A DNA stretch of 64,000 bases, from the NCBI RefSeq assembly GCF_035084215.1, contig NC_090366.1, positions 3,596,001 through 3,660,000 on the forward strand, in the 5' to 3' direction. The notes under the pieces were generated by a model that saw only the letters and a list, made by a program, of their open reading frames with translations, had not been told where the DNA came from and made no database searches. The translations under genes and the position numbers were made by a program. Positions within the stretch are counted from its first letter, which is position 1. Each line of letters opens with the position of its first letter. Shown one piece after another: positions 24,552 through 38,154 of the stretch. The DNA is from Heptranchias perlo. Lineage: Eukaryota.

Positions 24552-25220
24552 CTGAAATATGCATAAAGACTCTGTTGTTCATTACTACTCTACGATTACA
24601 ACATGGTATTCGGATAACTTTAATCCGTCTGAATTGGCAAGTTTCCGACATATTCACATCTTAAAAGTGAGAACCAAAGATTTGATATACTTCCCTGAAA
24701 CCTCAGAACTCCGACCCGGTGATCAAAGGACAGACTATTTGAAAATTACTCCAAATCTAATCTCCCGAAAAATCGTCAATGTGCTTCATTAATATATTGG
24801 GAAATATTCGCAGAAAATGGACAGGGCAGCGGTTGAACTGATTACTTTTTCGACGAACTAACACTGGATTCTCCCCATCATTTTACCCTTGTTCTATGCC
24901 CTGTGTAAATTAAAAATAAATATTTACACATTGAATTCCTATCTGTTCCGTTCATATTAAATCATGGAATGAAAAACGTACACGGACAGTCCACCGAATA
25001 CATCTCTGCCTCGATAAAACAGTCGGATTCTTTTGATGTAACTGGGACACTTGGTAAAATGCAACGTCGGGTCACGAAGCAACAAATGAACCCCCCTCAC
25101 ACGGTGCCGTATTTAAATTACCAGGATGACATCTACCTTGAAATGATCTTATTGAGGACTGAATAAAGCACAATAAAGAATTCAGTCTCCAATCCCGAAT
25201 GTGTGCAAATATTCATATCA

Positions 25221-25685
25221 CATAGAATCATAGAATCAAAGAAGTTTACAACATGGAAACAGGCCCTTCGGCCCAACATGTCCATGTCGCCCAGTTTATA
25301 CCACTAAGCTAATCCCAATTGCCTGCACTTGGCCCATATCCCTCTATACCCATCTTACCCATGTAACTGTCCAAATGCGTTTTAAAAGACAAAATTGTAC
25401 CCGCCTCTACTACTGCCTCTGGCAGCTCGTTCCAGACACTCACCATCCTTATTTTATAGACTTCTATAAGATCACCCCTTAACCTCCTACTCTCCAGGGA
25501 AAAAAGTCTCAGTCTATCTAACCGCTCTCTATAAGTCAAACCATCAAGTCCCGGTAGCCTCCTAGTAAATCTTTTCTGCACTCTTTCTAGTTTAATAATA
25601 TCATTTCTATAATAGGGTGACCAGAACTGTACACAGTATTCCAAGTGTGGCCTTACTAATGTCTTGTACAACTTCAACAAGACAA
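25221..25685 (-). mobile_element. Young CR1 3' fragment with an internal deletion
   Basis: Near-identical to the 43600-44206 region; (catagaat)n tail; VYKI fused to VSVWNELP. Confidence 0.9.
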
Positions 25686-26089
25686 CATACATGGGTCGAT
25701 TGGCTTCCGAGCCGTATTTCAATTCAGTCTCTCATCTTCAATTATCCCAGTTATTCAGGTATTCAAACTCCATTTTCAGGATTATCCAAATTAAGAGTCT
25801 TCTCAGAACATCGCCAGGAAAACAATCCCAGCAGCAGTCAGAGATAGCTGTAATAGCTGCTTTGTTGAACTGTATAATAAAGATAGAACTGAGCAAGTAT
25901 GAATTCAATGATGGACTGCAGCCCGCTACTGTTGTCGTGCGAGGCAACCTGACTTCATAAAGTGTCGAATTAATTTCGAAGATTCTCTTTTATTAAAGAT
26001 CGCAGTATACTTACACTGTTTTATATTAATCCCTTCCGATATTGAGGAAAACAAGGCAACTATAAACAAATCCGCTAAATCAGTGACAC

Positions 26090-26925
26090 GTCTGCAGCAA
26101 GATCTGGACAACATCCAGGCTTGGGCTGACAAGTGGCAAATAACATTGGCGCCAGATAAGTGCCAGGCACTGACCATCTCCTACAAGAGAGAGTCTAACC
26201 ATCTCCCCTTGACATTCAACGGCATTACCATTGCCGAATCCCCCACCATCAACGTCCTGGGGGTCACCATTGACAAGAAACTGAACTAGACCAGCCACAT
26301 AGATACCGTGGCTACGAGAGCAGGTTAGAGGCTCGGTATTCTGCCGCGAGTGAGTCACCTCCTAACTCGCCGAAACCTTTCCAACATCTACAAGGCACAA
26401 GTCAAGAGTATGATGGAATACTCTCCACTTTCCTGGATGGTGCAGCTCCACCAACATTCAAGAAGCTCGACACCATCCAGGACAAAGCAGCCCGCTTGTT
26501 TAGGCACATTCCACCCCACTAAACATTCACTCCCTCCACCACCGGCGCACCGTGGCTGCAGAGTGTACCATCCACAGGATGCACTGCAGCAACTCACCGA
26601 GGCTTCATCGACAGCACCACCCAAACCCACGACCTCGACCATCTAGAAGGACAAGGGCAGCAGGCAGATGGGAACAACACCACCTGCACGTTTCCCTCCA
26701 AGTTACACACCATCCCGACATGGAAATATATCGACGTTACTTCGTCGTCGTTGGGTCAAAATCCTGGAACTCCCTTCCGAACAGCACTGTGGGAGAACCT
26801 TCAACACACGGACTTCAGCGGTTCAAGAAGGCGGCTCACTACCACCTTCTCAAGGGCAATTGGAGATAGACAATAAATGCTGGCATTGCCAGCGACGCCC
26901 ACATCACATGAACAAATAAAAAAAA
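26090..26925 (+). mobile_element. 5'-truncated LINE, same family as 9456-10343
   Basis: LQQDLDNIQAWADKWQ..PDKCQA, MEYSPL, A-rich tail. Confidence 0.85.
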
Positions 26926-27148
26926 TAATGTATTATTCCGATCGCAACTTTTAGTGAGTTAGTCGTCAGTTGCGGACTATACCTACTTAAATTATTCATT
27001 GGAATCCGTCCATACTTGCAGATGGATTTGGTATTCAACTGTCGAATGGAGCTAGTATTTGCTGACACTAACACCGTTCATTTAGTAGCGTGCCAGTGAC
27101 GGAAAAATCCAGCTATAGTAATTAAATTCCACGAAATGTCAGGATTAC

Positions 27149-27433
27149 CTGCTAAATTGTGTTGATATTTCCCGAAACTAACGCCGTGCTCGTTTGCTGC
27201 AACACATGAGATCTGGTTTCCAGTTCCAGTTGGGTGAGTCAATATCAGGGAGCTCTGCACCAAGTGACCATTCACTGCCCAGGAGATAACTTCATCTGAA
27301 CTGTTCCTCGTGACGTTTCTTCCATTGAGACCCCATGTGATATTTGCCGGGGGGTTGGCTCTGACACTGCAGGTACAATCAATCCCACTCTCACAAATGG
27401 TGCAATTCGGGCCTGATACTATTGAAGGTTTAT
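27149..27433 (-). CDS. Gene B exon: membrane-proximal Ig domain 4
   Basis: tttag|AT..GCAG|gtaatc, 285 nt; SGPNCTICESGIDCTCSVRANPPANITW...ISCVAANEHG. The C..CxC pattern recalls MAG d5 and the Siglec-5/10/11 proximal domains. Confidence 0.88.
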
Positions 27434-28048
27434 CTAAATAAAAATAAAAGAGTTCAGCTTCAATTAGTTTTCATCAAACAGTATGCAGTGTCTAAGTAGA
27501 ACCGATTTGGGCCTTTAGACTAACCAGAGAGGTTACTGCACAGCCGTGTTTAATTGGAGCCATACAAAGATACATTCATTTAATGGATCATCTGATTTTG
27601 CTTTTTGCTAAATTCTAACAATCAATAACTCAGTTATAAATTCTCATCGAACCAATAAGCGGTCATTTGATCAATTTATCTTCATGCTGTGGGCGATTAC
27701 CCAGTTAAAATATGGTAAACAATACAGACTAACTTACCTCAACTGTCTGTTCTGGTAAAACTGTTTGTATATAATGTTATCAATTTTTACCATTGTGATT
27801 GAATAACGTGTTCTTCCACTTCAGGCCTCTGGGATCAGTCTTCCCGCACATTAATTCTGGAGCTCCACATCACACATATTCATTAATTTGGTTTTAACCA
27901 GTCTGAGATACATTTTACCTGGTTTTGTGCAATGGGGTCTCTGGTTTTTAACGATGTTTTTTACCCGCTAAATGTGGTCAAATTCTCCTTCTTTTACTGG
28001 CTTTTCTGTGAATATTACTAACATCGGCTATTGAGAGAGTTGTGTGAA

Positions 28049-28233
28049 CACGGGGGAAATATCACCCATGCGTAGTCACTGTGCAACGGATCATTGATGT
28101 CCCTTTATACATTTAATAGATTCACACTGTACTTACGTTGTATAAAAATCTGTGTGGAGCTGTTTGCGGTCCCCTAGTTATCTCCAGCCATGCGCCAATG
28201 TTATATATATGTTACGTTTGATCCTCAACAGAA
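28049..28233 (+). repeat. Left arm of 185-bp inverted repeat flanking the Ig3 exon
   Basis: Aligns without gaps to the reverse complement of 28763-28947, e.g. ctgtacttacgttgtataaaaatctgtgt and agttatctccagccatgcgcca. Confidence 0.9.
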
Positions 28234-28397
28234 CCTGGTGTGAGGAAGATTAGCTTTCCAAATATCAATGAGATGAATAGGAAATGATTAACTCCAGTAC
28301 CAGTCTGCGAGTTTTGATGGTGATTGTTTATAACAGTGAATAACTTCAGTAAATTAATATAATAAAGAGAATGAACGTAGTTTCACACCGCACTTAC

Positions 28398-28655
28398 ATT
28401 GCACAGAAATCTGTGTGAAGCTCTTTGCGTTGCCTACGATATTTTCAGCAACGCACCAATATTGTCCGTCATCTTTAGAACTAATGTTGTGAAATATCTG
28501 CCTCAGTTCACCGGTGGAAGACATGCTGATCTCCGAACCATCTCTCACCCATCTTAAACTGACCGGTAGTTCACCCTGGGCCATGCAGTACAGTAATACT
28601 GAACTTCCTTCCACTGCTACTATCGAGGAATTGACGATTGGTTCCCGAGAGGCAG
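28398..28655 (-). CDS. Gene B exon: Ig domain 3 (C2/I-set)
   Basis: accag|CT..CAAT|gtaagt, 258 nt; VEGSSVLLYCMAQGELPVSLRW..DDGQYWCVAENIVG. Confidence 0.88.
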
Positions 28656-28762
28656 CTGGTAATGCGGAGGTCATTGGCGGTAAATGAGAATTCCAGCACA
28701 TAAGACAAAAAAAACAATTTAAGTGACAACCAGAGAGCAATATGTCGTGACTATTTTGTTAA

Positions 28763-28947
28763 TTCTGATGAGGATCAAACGTAACATAAATGTAAGAATG
28801 GCGCATGGCTGGAGATAACTTGGTCACTACAAACAGCTCAACACAGATTTTTATACAACGTAAGTACAGTTTCAATCTATTAAATGTATAAGGGGACATC
28901 AGTGATCCGTTCCACATTGACTACGTATGGGCGTTATTTCACTCGTG
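28763..28947 (-). repeat. Right arm of 185-bp inverted repeat
   Basis: Reverse complement of 28049-28233, roughly 85% identity by eye. Confidence 0.9.
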
Positions 28948-29618
28948 ATGTCTTATTCCTTCAGCTCATTTCAAACATAAGCATCTTTCCCCCTCTTGTC
29001 ATTAAAGATTTGTCTGTTTGCCCGGGTAAAGTTCTAGTCCAGCGTTACTTCAACAAAGTGAACATTCCTCCCAGAACAAGAACTTGGTCGACTTTCCCTT
29101 CCCTCACACAGGGATGTTGAGGCCAATTGTAGCATCTCGACCCAACCGCACCAGTTAATTCAAAACAGACACTCCTGCTCTGTATGATGCATTCAAGGGC
29201 AAGGTCGAGAAACACACGACAGTAAAAAGAATAGAAGGTCACGTTGATGGGATTGGATGTAGAGAAGTGGGAGAAGGATCATTTGGTGCATAAACGCCAG
29301 CACGAGCACGTTGGGCCGAATGGCCTGTTTTTGAGCTGTACATTTTATGTAATGTTAATCAGTTACTCTGTGGCAAAAACGGCATCTGGCATTGGGATCC
29401 ATTGGAATCATTTTGTACACAAACCACACCCGTGGAACCACCAATATTACTCCAATGGTTTGGGGAAAATATTAAGCAAAGGGACTGACAAGAATTAGGT
29501 CTTAGACAGTTCGATTAATTGATTTTCCAGTCGAGCTCTCACTACAATGAGAATAATAACAACTTCACAACCTGTTTACCAACAGGTTGGGTGAATCAAG
29601 CATAGAGCGGGTATTTAC

Positions 29619-29930
29619 ATTTACCGGCCAGTTAAAGAGTTTCTTGAACAGTAGCTTCGACACCTTCAACAATAAGTTTACACCCCAGCGTTTTCCCATG
29701 ATGGTCTGATGATGGGACGAATGTGAAAATGGATGAAACCCTCCGGGAATCATCGAAACCGTTGACATTTTGTTCGGAAGTTTTAGTCTCTGTCAGAAAA
29801 GGAAAGTAACCTTGATCATAAGTATACTTCAGCTCAAGGTTGGCGGATTCGCAACTGTGGGTGATCGAGCAGGTCAGTTGCGCTGGTTGTCCAGCGATCA
29901 ATTCCCCAGAGACTGATATACTTGGATTTT
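29619..29930 (-). CDS. Gene B exon: Ig domain 2, with in-frame TAA near its 3' end
   Basis: Paralog of 819-1130; QETL* where paralogs have ACA (Thr); the conserved C-strand Trp is also changed to Tyr. Confidence 0.88.
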
Positions 29931-30791
29931 CTGTAAGGAGAGAAGGAAATTACAGTGGATTTCAATTTTGAAAACGGCCAATGATGTGCCAGGCGATTCA
30001 ACCCAAATTCTGAGAAAATATCACCTTAAAAATGAATCCTGTTCTTTTCCGCCTGCTCTCAGCTGCAGGGAATAATGCCTAAACTTAATAACTTCTTAAA
30101 ATTACTGATCTCATCGGATCACATATGCACTCAGACGCTTTATCACATGAATTATTCACGTTATTGGCAGTGAATTAACTGCCACTCACACACTGCTTTG
30201 CTGGCAACTCAAAATGGTCTCTTCAAATATCAGCAACCATTAAACCCGCTCATGCCTCATTGGGTAAATTCATTATTTGATGTGATACTGAACCATTCGG
30301 CCAGCCCGGACCCACATTCTATCCCAAATCTGTATTTGGGATAGAATCCAGTACCTTTTTTGCGCGAACTGCTTCAAAGAAGCGATGGTTGGAGACAGTC
30401 CTGACTGACCCTAGAAATCCCTCCTGTGCTGAGACCATATCGACTCTACCCTTCCTACAGAATTAAAAACTTTGACTTCCTTTTGCGCTTCAATTATGTA
30501 TTTAAATTTGAACCGCCGGTCTGTACGTTTCAATACAACATCTAACATTGCACTTACCAACTGAACAACGCAGGGAGCTTCTGTAAGTTATTAAGAATAG
30601 CCCAGTGTCATATTTCTGTTCAAGATAATGCATAACACTCACCTGGGTAATATTCAGTGGAGGAGCCGTGCCGCTGTAACATGTGACGTAGGCCAAAAGT
30701 ATCACGAAATTTTTCAATTCAAGGCTTAAATTAAATGGCACTGAGGAGACGGAATATAAACTACAAAAGGAATAAATGAATAAAAACTTGC

Positions 30792-31172
30792 CTAAAATAG
30801 AAATATTGGCCTGCGATCTGGAAGTGTATTGTTCTGTAACATTCCGGGCAGCGGTGATCTTCGGTCTGAAGAAATAGTCACCATCATCGCTCTTCCTGAT
30901 ATCTTTTATCCGTAAGGAACATTGTTTCTTTGCAAAGTTGCCGTTCAACTCAGTTCGTCCCATATAATTAAGGCTTATATTGTCTGAACTTTTGAGATCA
31001 TAGACAATAAAGACCCTTCGGCTACTAGGATCATAACCCCCCTTAAACCACACACCCCATGGACTGTGACCATCGACTGCATAATCAAATGTACACGGGA
31101 GCTCTGCACATGAACCCTTCACTGCCGACACAAACCACGGCATCTTCACAGACCATCGTGAACTCTGGACAA
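30792..31172 (-). CDS. Gene B V-set exon (Arg retained; GC donor)
   Basis: 381 nt, GSCAELPC..CSLRI..DDGDYFFR; donor reads AG|gcaagt. Confidence 0.9.
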
Positions 31173-31549
31173 CTGATGAAAAATAGAAATTAAACACCCA
31201 ATGAAATACACAATAATTTTCTAATTAAAAAATTCCCTGCCATCCCAGATAAACACTATTAAATGACCCTTCTAACACCCACTGATATTTCCCTCTCCAT
31301 ATCCATTTAAACTCGTAAATTTCCAACTGCAAATTTTCCGTTAAAATGTCCTTTATTTCCCAATCAAACACATTAATAGTCAATTATCCTAACAATTTAC
31401 AGAATTCAGTTCAGAATATAATATACATTAAAAACCTTCTTCGCGAATTTACAAATCACGAACGATGTATTATTTCTATAACTAATTACTTTGTTATTTT
31501 GCCACAAGATGGAAATCGCTTGAGAGAATTATTAAAAATAATATTTTAC

Positions 31550-31592
31550 CTTCGCTAAATACCAGAATTAAAATAACATTTAGGCTCTTCAT
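31550..31592 (-). CDS. Gene B signal-peptide exon
   Basis: MKSLNVILILVFSE + G|gtaaaa, 43 nt. Confidence 0.8.
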
Positions 31593-31794
31593 GACTGGCG
31601 GAGTTTCACGTTGTCAAAATTACAAACTAAAAATTAACCCCGATCTCACATTAATCACGTTTCTGGATTCCGCCCACCCTGAATATACTGGATTTCCTCG
31701 CGAAACAGAGCACCGAGAGGTCAGCTGTTCGGCACCCACCAATCCACGGGGACCGTGATGGCTCATACAGCTTGAGACACTCCCCCACTGTTTT

Positions 31795-32190
31795 CAGATC
31801 CATGGCCCAGTTGGTTTTACTGTCTAGATTAGGGATTGTTTTCGGATCCAGGGCCCAGTATTGTTTTACTGACTAGTTTAGGGATTGTTTTCAGCTCCAG
31901 GGTCCAGTCTGGTTTCATTGTCTAGTTTAGTGATGTGTGTTCAGCTTAAGGCCCAATTCACTTTTGCTGACTAATTTAGGGATTGTATTCCGATTGAGGC
32001 CTCAGTTTGGTTTTCCTGACGTGTTTAGGGATGTGTGCTCACCTATAGTGCCCGATTTGGTTTAACTGTTAAGTTTAGGGATGTGCTCACAGATCCACGT
32101 TCCAGTTTGGTTTTACTGATTAATTTAGGTGTGTTTGTTCAGATCCAGGGCCCAGTTTTGTTTAACTCACTAGTTTAGGGATTGTGTTCA
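31795..32190. repeat. ~50-bp minisatellite, copy 2 (left-truncated)
   Basis: Same unit as 5641-6240. Confidence 0.9.
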
Positions 32191-33092
32191 TGTAGGCTCG
32201 ACACAAGAATCATTTCGATCTCAGGCTGACAGCTGAAGTGGTGTGTGGTCAGCCAAGAGTCTCCGGCAGTTCATATGATTCTATCTCATTGTCTCGGCAC
32301 TGTTCACATTGGGAATGAGTCAGTGTCTCACCCGTTGTTCTCATTGAGTGTGGCTGCACCGAGGTGCGTTTATTTACACCGTGTGCCAGTACAGCTCCAG
32401 AGCAGGGGTGTAAAGAGCTCGGTTCTATTTAGTGCCCAATTAGTTGCGGTTTATACAGCAACTATGTATCGCTGCTATCTATGACGCTCTTGGGGTGTGA
32501 ATCATTCTAGAAAATTAAACCAGAATGAGCTTACTTGTGGTCAGGTAACATCCGGTTATAGTTTGTGCTGCATCGTGAATGGAGCTGTTGTGTTTTCAGC
32601 TGAATGTTTAAAGTGCAATGCATGTGAGAGTTCAGAACGTGAATATTAATAATATATCTACATTATTAAAAATACCTGCTAATAACAATGGCGTTATTAA
32701 TGTGTCAGTTGTGGCTCAGTGGGGAGCGCAGCATGAGGCACAAGTGTGAGCATGTAACACCGTCCAAGGCGGATTTCTACCCTAACATGTTCTGAAAAGG
32801 AAGGATGGATTGGGAAGGGACAGGAACAATCAGTTTACTGGTAAATAGTAAAAGATCCCCCGTGTACTCGCAGTTTGTGGCGGGATGAAACACAGTGGAC
32901 CCACCGCGCCTCCTATTTGGAACAGCCAGAAACTAAACATGCATTCGAACTCCTGGCAATAACTATATTAACATGTCGCTGTACAAAGGTGCAGAGGCAG
33001 GAGAGACCAGAGTGAGGTTCTCCCCACTCTGTCCCATGGCAGTTTCAGTTTCGCAAAACTGATTCTTACTAATTCGAAGCAGAATTACTCCT

Positions 33093-34750
33093 TTGTGTAT
33101 CTGTAGCACGTGTTCTTTGTGTATCTGTACCGCATGTTCATTGCGTATCTGATCCATGTGATTTTGGGTATCTGTACCACGTTTCTTTTGTGTAGCTGCA
33201 CCACGGGTTCGTTGCCTACCCGCATCACATGTTCTTTGCCTATCTGTATCGAGTGTTCTTTGTGTATCTGCATCACATGTTCTTTCCGTATCTGTACCAC
33301 GTTTTCTTTGCGTATCTGTACCACGTTTTCTTTGTTGATCTGCACCACGTAGTCTTTGTGTACCTGTTCCACATGTTCTTGGTGTATCTGTACCAAGTGT
33401 TCGTTGTGCATCTGCAACGTGGTAATTGTGTATCCGTACAACATGTTCTTTGTGTAACTGTACCACGTCTTCTTTGTATAACTGCACCAAGTGTTTTTGT
33501 GTATTTGTACCCAATGTTATTTTCGGATCTGCACCCCTTGTTCTTTGTGTATCTGTACCACGTTTTCTTGTTGTATCTGTACCACGTGGTCTTTATTTGC
33601 CTGTACCACGTGTTCTTTGTTGATCTGCACCTCTTGATCTTTGTGTACCTGTACCACGTGTTATTTGTGCATCTGCACCACATTTTCTTTATGTATCTGT
33701 ACCACATATTCTTTGTGTGTGTGCACTAGTGTCTTTGAGCACCTGTACCACGTGAGCTTGGTGTACCTGTACCGCAATTCTTTATGTATCTGCACCACAC
33801 GCTATTCGTTTATCTGAACCATGTGTTCTTTATGTATCTGTACTGAATGTACTTCAAGTATCTGTACCAGGTATTCATTTCGTGTCTGTACCACGAGGCC
33901 CTTTTGTATCTGCACCACAAGTTATTTGTGTATCTGGACCATGTGTTCTTTATGTATCTGTACCACTTGTTCTTCATGCATCTGTACCACGTGTTCCTTG
34001 TGTATCAGTACCAGGTGTTCTCTGTGTATCTTCATATATTCTGCGCATATCTGTAACATGTGAGCATTGTGTATCTGAACCACGTGTTCATTGTTCATCT
34101 GTGCTAAGTGTTTTTGTGTATCTGCCCCACGTGTTCCTTGTGTATCTGTACCTGCGAATCTGTACCAGGTGTGCTTTGTATATCTGAACGACAATTATTT
34201 GTTTATCTGTGCCACGTGTGCTTTTTATAGCTATTTGTAATTATTTGTGCATTGGTACCAAGTTTTGTTTGTGCATCTGTAACACGTGTTCTTATTGTAT
34301 CTGGTCCACGTGTTCTTTGTGCATCTGTACGGCTTGTAATTTGTGTAACTGTACCAATTGATTTTTGTGTGTCTGTAACACGAGTTATTTGTGTATATGG
34401 ACCACGTGTTCTTTTTGTATCTGTATCACGTCTTCTCTGTGTATCTGTAGGGCGTGTGCTTTGTGTATCTGTACCACGTGATCCTTGTGTATCTGTACCA
34501 AATATATTTTGGGTGTCTGTACCACGTCTTGTTTGGGTATCTGTACTGCATGTTCTTTCTTACTCTGTGCTACCTGTTCTATGAGGATCTGAACCACGTG
34601 TTCTTTGTGCATCTGTCCCACGTGTTCTTTGTGGATCTGTGCCGCGTGTCTTTTTGGATTTGTGCCACGTGTTATTTGTGTATCTGTACTAAGTGTTCTT
34701 TGCGTATCTGTACCACGTGTTCTTTTTGTACCTGCACCACGTTTCCTTTG
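33093..34750. repeat. 24-bp minisatellite, copy 2
   Basis: Same unit as 7140-8490; longer array. Confidence 0.95.
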
Positions 34751-34758
34751 TGTTGCAG

Positions 34759-34915
34759 AGAGATCATTGTAATAATGAACTAGACAATAATGTCGGGGAA
34801 CTGATATCAGATTCGACTGAGCAGAACCAAAAAATTAATTACGCCAATGTGCACTCTTCAATTGTTCCTCTAGGGCATAGAAATGAGTCAATATGCCGAT
34901 ATTAAGTATAACTGA
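34759..34915 (+). pseudogene. Orphan ITIM exon, copy 2
   Basis: tgttgcag| RDHCNNE...KINYANVHS; same out-of-frame YADIKYN*. Confidence 0.55.
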
Positions 34916-37728
34916 AAAGGACCAAAACCTGCAGAGGCCGTATTGTCTGATTGCCCACATTTTAGTTTCTTTCTCTAAACGAACTAAATATAAAAACCAG
35001 GAGATACAAGTCGTTTATCCAATCAAGGCAATGGAAACGTTCTCTGTTGTTGCTTGCAGTATTTGCCCCAATATTCTCCTCTTCCACCTTGAAAGAATTG
35101 ACTCCTTGCTGAGCTCCTGTTCCTCCAATCCCTCACTCAAGATACTACTTTGCAGATGGCTCTTTAACAATGAAGTTTGCTGCGAGACCCATCACCCCGA
35201 ATCTGATCCTGTCCTCTCTGGATGTCCACATGGACACTTGCAACTGGGTTCACTCAAGAGCGATAATAAACATTGGATGACTTTTCAGAAATTATAGCGT
35301 CAACATCGTGTTAGGAACTAAATATGCAATAGTGCGTTTTCCTAAAAGATATCTTAAATTTACAAATGGATAAATACACTTAAGATGAAACAATCTCAGT
35401 GGAATCTAAACTTATTTATTGATTAAAGAGATGGCGTCTGGGAAGGAAAGAATGGGAAGAGTGTGAAGCCTTGCACTTTGGTCTTCGGGATGTTACAACT
35501 CCGGGTGTCCAACCGATAGATAAAATTTAAGGACAATCTGACAGACACGTCACAGCCTCCCCATGTGTTTTAACATGTTAAAATTTCAGTACACCAGCTG
35601 CAATTTTGACCAATATGGTGCAGTGCAGAGCAATGCTGCGGCCGGTGAACACATCACAATACATTCCAATGCCTTTGTGTTTCATGTTGCCTGTTATTTT
35701 AGTCAATATGATCAGTTTCAAACTATATATATCAAATATTAATTGAGTATTAAACAGGCACACAATCGGATTGTTAAAGCACATTCACTGTAAGGATAAT
35801 CAGTACATATTTATTGGGCAACTTTGCAGGTCCAAATATTTTTCATAAAGGAGCAACGTGTTCGTGCGAATTGCAGGAAAAACGGGTCGGAGATAGGCTG
35901 CATCACTCTATCCGAAACTCTGACAGTCGTTGCAAGCGAGGCTTACAGCTTGTCGAGGGGAGCAGTGCAATTACCATTAAAATTAGAAAGTAAGCTAGGA
36001 AGAAGCAATTTTGAGAGCCATTTGTTGTAATGGATCACCATCACTTCCAAATTCGCCTCCAAGTCACACAAACCTCCTGACTTGGGCATAAATTGCAGTT
36101 CCTTCATCGTCGTTTGGTCAAAATCCTGGAATTCCCGACCTAACATCATTATGGGAGTACCTTCATCACTCGGACTGCAGCGGTTCAAGAAGAAGGCCCA
36201 ACAACACCTTCTCAAGTGCAAATATCAATGGGCAATAAATGCTGGTATCACCCATCAAGCCCACACCCTGAGAACAAATTAGAAATATCGCTCCATTTTT
36301 TCACGGGTTTTCCTTCCAATTTTCCAATGATGCCCCTGTTCTGAAGGTCTTACTTTTCATTGAAATGTGTTTCCGTGATTCCTCACAAAGTTGCTCATTT
36401 TTAACTTAGAAACCTAAAAACGAGTGTATGCGGATTTTTCGATAGCAGCGGGAGCCCTGACTGACCTTTAAGTTCCGAGCCCAGGTTAGCTGAGCTAGGG
36501 ACAGATTAATTGCAGAATTTTTACCTGGTTATTGAGACAGTTGTAAAATGTATTGTATTTTGAGTTGTAATTTCTCTGATTCCTTGTGCCATCTGAGATC
36601 ATTTTATCCCCATGTAATCAGGGAGAAAAGAAAAGGCTTCTCAATCCAACATCGCGACACACAGTGTCAGGCCGACAGCATTGCATAGGCCACTTCCCAT
36701 TGCACCTTCAGGCACATCTGAGTCCAACAGAACTAGAGAGAAGTATCATGCGAAGTTCAACTCATGATTTACCTCACCGTCCCAACATCAACTGTCGAAG
36801 TGTGTACTGAGTGTGCTGAACGAAAAAGGTGTGGCCGGAGAATGAGGTTCTACCTGAAGAAATGCACTTGCTTCCTTTGTCCGTTAGATGGCGTGTATTG
36901 TGATCCGGTCGTTTTCTTCACATCCAATCGATGGAAGGAACAGCACCAATTGGTATTTGAGCCACTTTGAACACCAAGCACAGGAATCTTCAGTTATCCA
37001 TGGTAAGTTTTGTCCTGGACACATTGTAAAGCTTGTAAAGTTGTTCGTGAAATGTCTGTTCTTATTGCTAACACAGTGTATAATTTGACTTATGGGAAAT
37101 GGTGGAGTTTTCCAAATGTGAATCTTGGCTACGTTTCATTGAAAATATTATCTTTGATGCTTGGAACAGAGTTATTCTATGGTAATCAACGTGTTTTTAA
37201 TATGTAATTGGGACTTTGCAATCTGTTAGACTGTGACGGTAAATCAATTAGTGCTGGTTTGTGCACCGAGTTTCAGGATAACGTTTTACCTCCCTCTCCG
37301 ACATGCTTGTCCTTACTTGCATTCATAGAATCATACAGCCCAGGAGGAGGCCATTCGGTCCATCATAGCTGCTCCGGCTCTTTGAAAGAACTATCCAATT
37401 AATCCCACTTTCCCTGCTCTCTACAGATAGCACTGCATGTTTTTCCTTTTTAAGTATATATCCAATTGCCTTTTGAGTATAAATGTAAATATTTTCTGAT
37501 CCGTTAACATTGCAAACTGCTTCTGAATGACTAAATATGTTTATAATAGGCTGGGTGTTGTCATGTAGGAAACGGAAATCAATTGACACGGAGATGAACG
37601 TTTATTACACTGGGCTGGGAGAGGCTGCCAAACCAACCGCCAATAGTGACATTTAACACTGTCCAACAATGTTATAGAGGAAGGTCATCAATGAAAACAA
37701 CTTTAAAATTGGTTCTGGAAATAGTTAT

Positions 37729-38154
37729 TTTATTGGAGCGAATAGAAAATGTTAAAAAGTTGCACTGACGACTAAAGCCCGCCGCCGCTGTATTTCAGAC
37801 GCATGGTTAGAATGAAAACACGTGTGAAATTTTAAATCAAATATTCCAACAAACCGAATTGAACATTTTAGCAATTCATCTCCGAAAGATATCCATTTCC
37901 GCAGAGCTTCCCGAGTGTCAACTTTCTGCTCTACTCATCAAACTAGTTGCGTTAAGATATTGATGAGCTCCATTTGTCCAAAAGGAGTAAATGCCGAAGG
38001 ATTTCATTTAAATTCAATTGCGGCGTATTCACTGGATTCCTCATTCTGGAGATATTATTCCTGTTTGCGAAAGCTTCGAACATTGATCGCTGCGTACACA
38101 GTGATTGGATAGATGCATTCCTCCAACACCAATGTCTGTCTCTGGGCCTTGGCT
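37729..38154 (-). other. Gene C last exon: decayed ITIM exon, predicted to be 3'UTR now
   Basis: ttgcag|AGCCAAGGCC homologous to 19032; a net 17-nt loss puts TVYAAI and SEYAAI out of frame, with a TAA between them; AATAAA at 37734-37729. Confidence 0.7.

Larger units (their letters stand above)
18865..31592 (-). pseudogene. Siglec-like gene B, inhibitory type (V + 3 C2 + TM + ITIM tail), with one premature stop
   Basis: Eight phase-compatible exons: 31592-31550, 31172-30792, 29930-29619, 28655-28398, 27433-27149, 24551-24467, 21358-21271, 19032-18865 (1620 nt, 539 aa if repaired). In-frame TAA at 29634-29632. Confidence 0.85.

Noticed and set aside
18865-31592. Assigning the symbol MAG, CD22 or SIGLEC15
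   Set aside because: Domain number, tail and multicopy organisation do not match a one-to-one ortholog; a phylogeny is needed.
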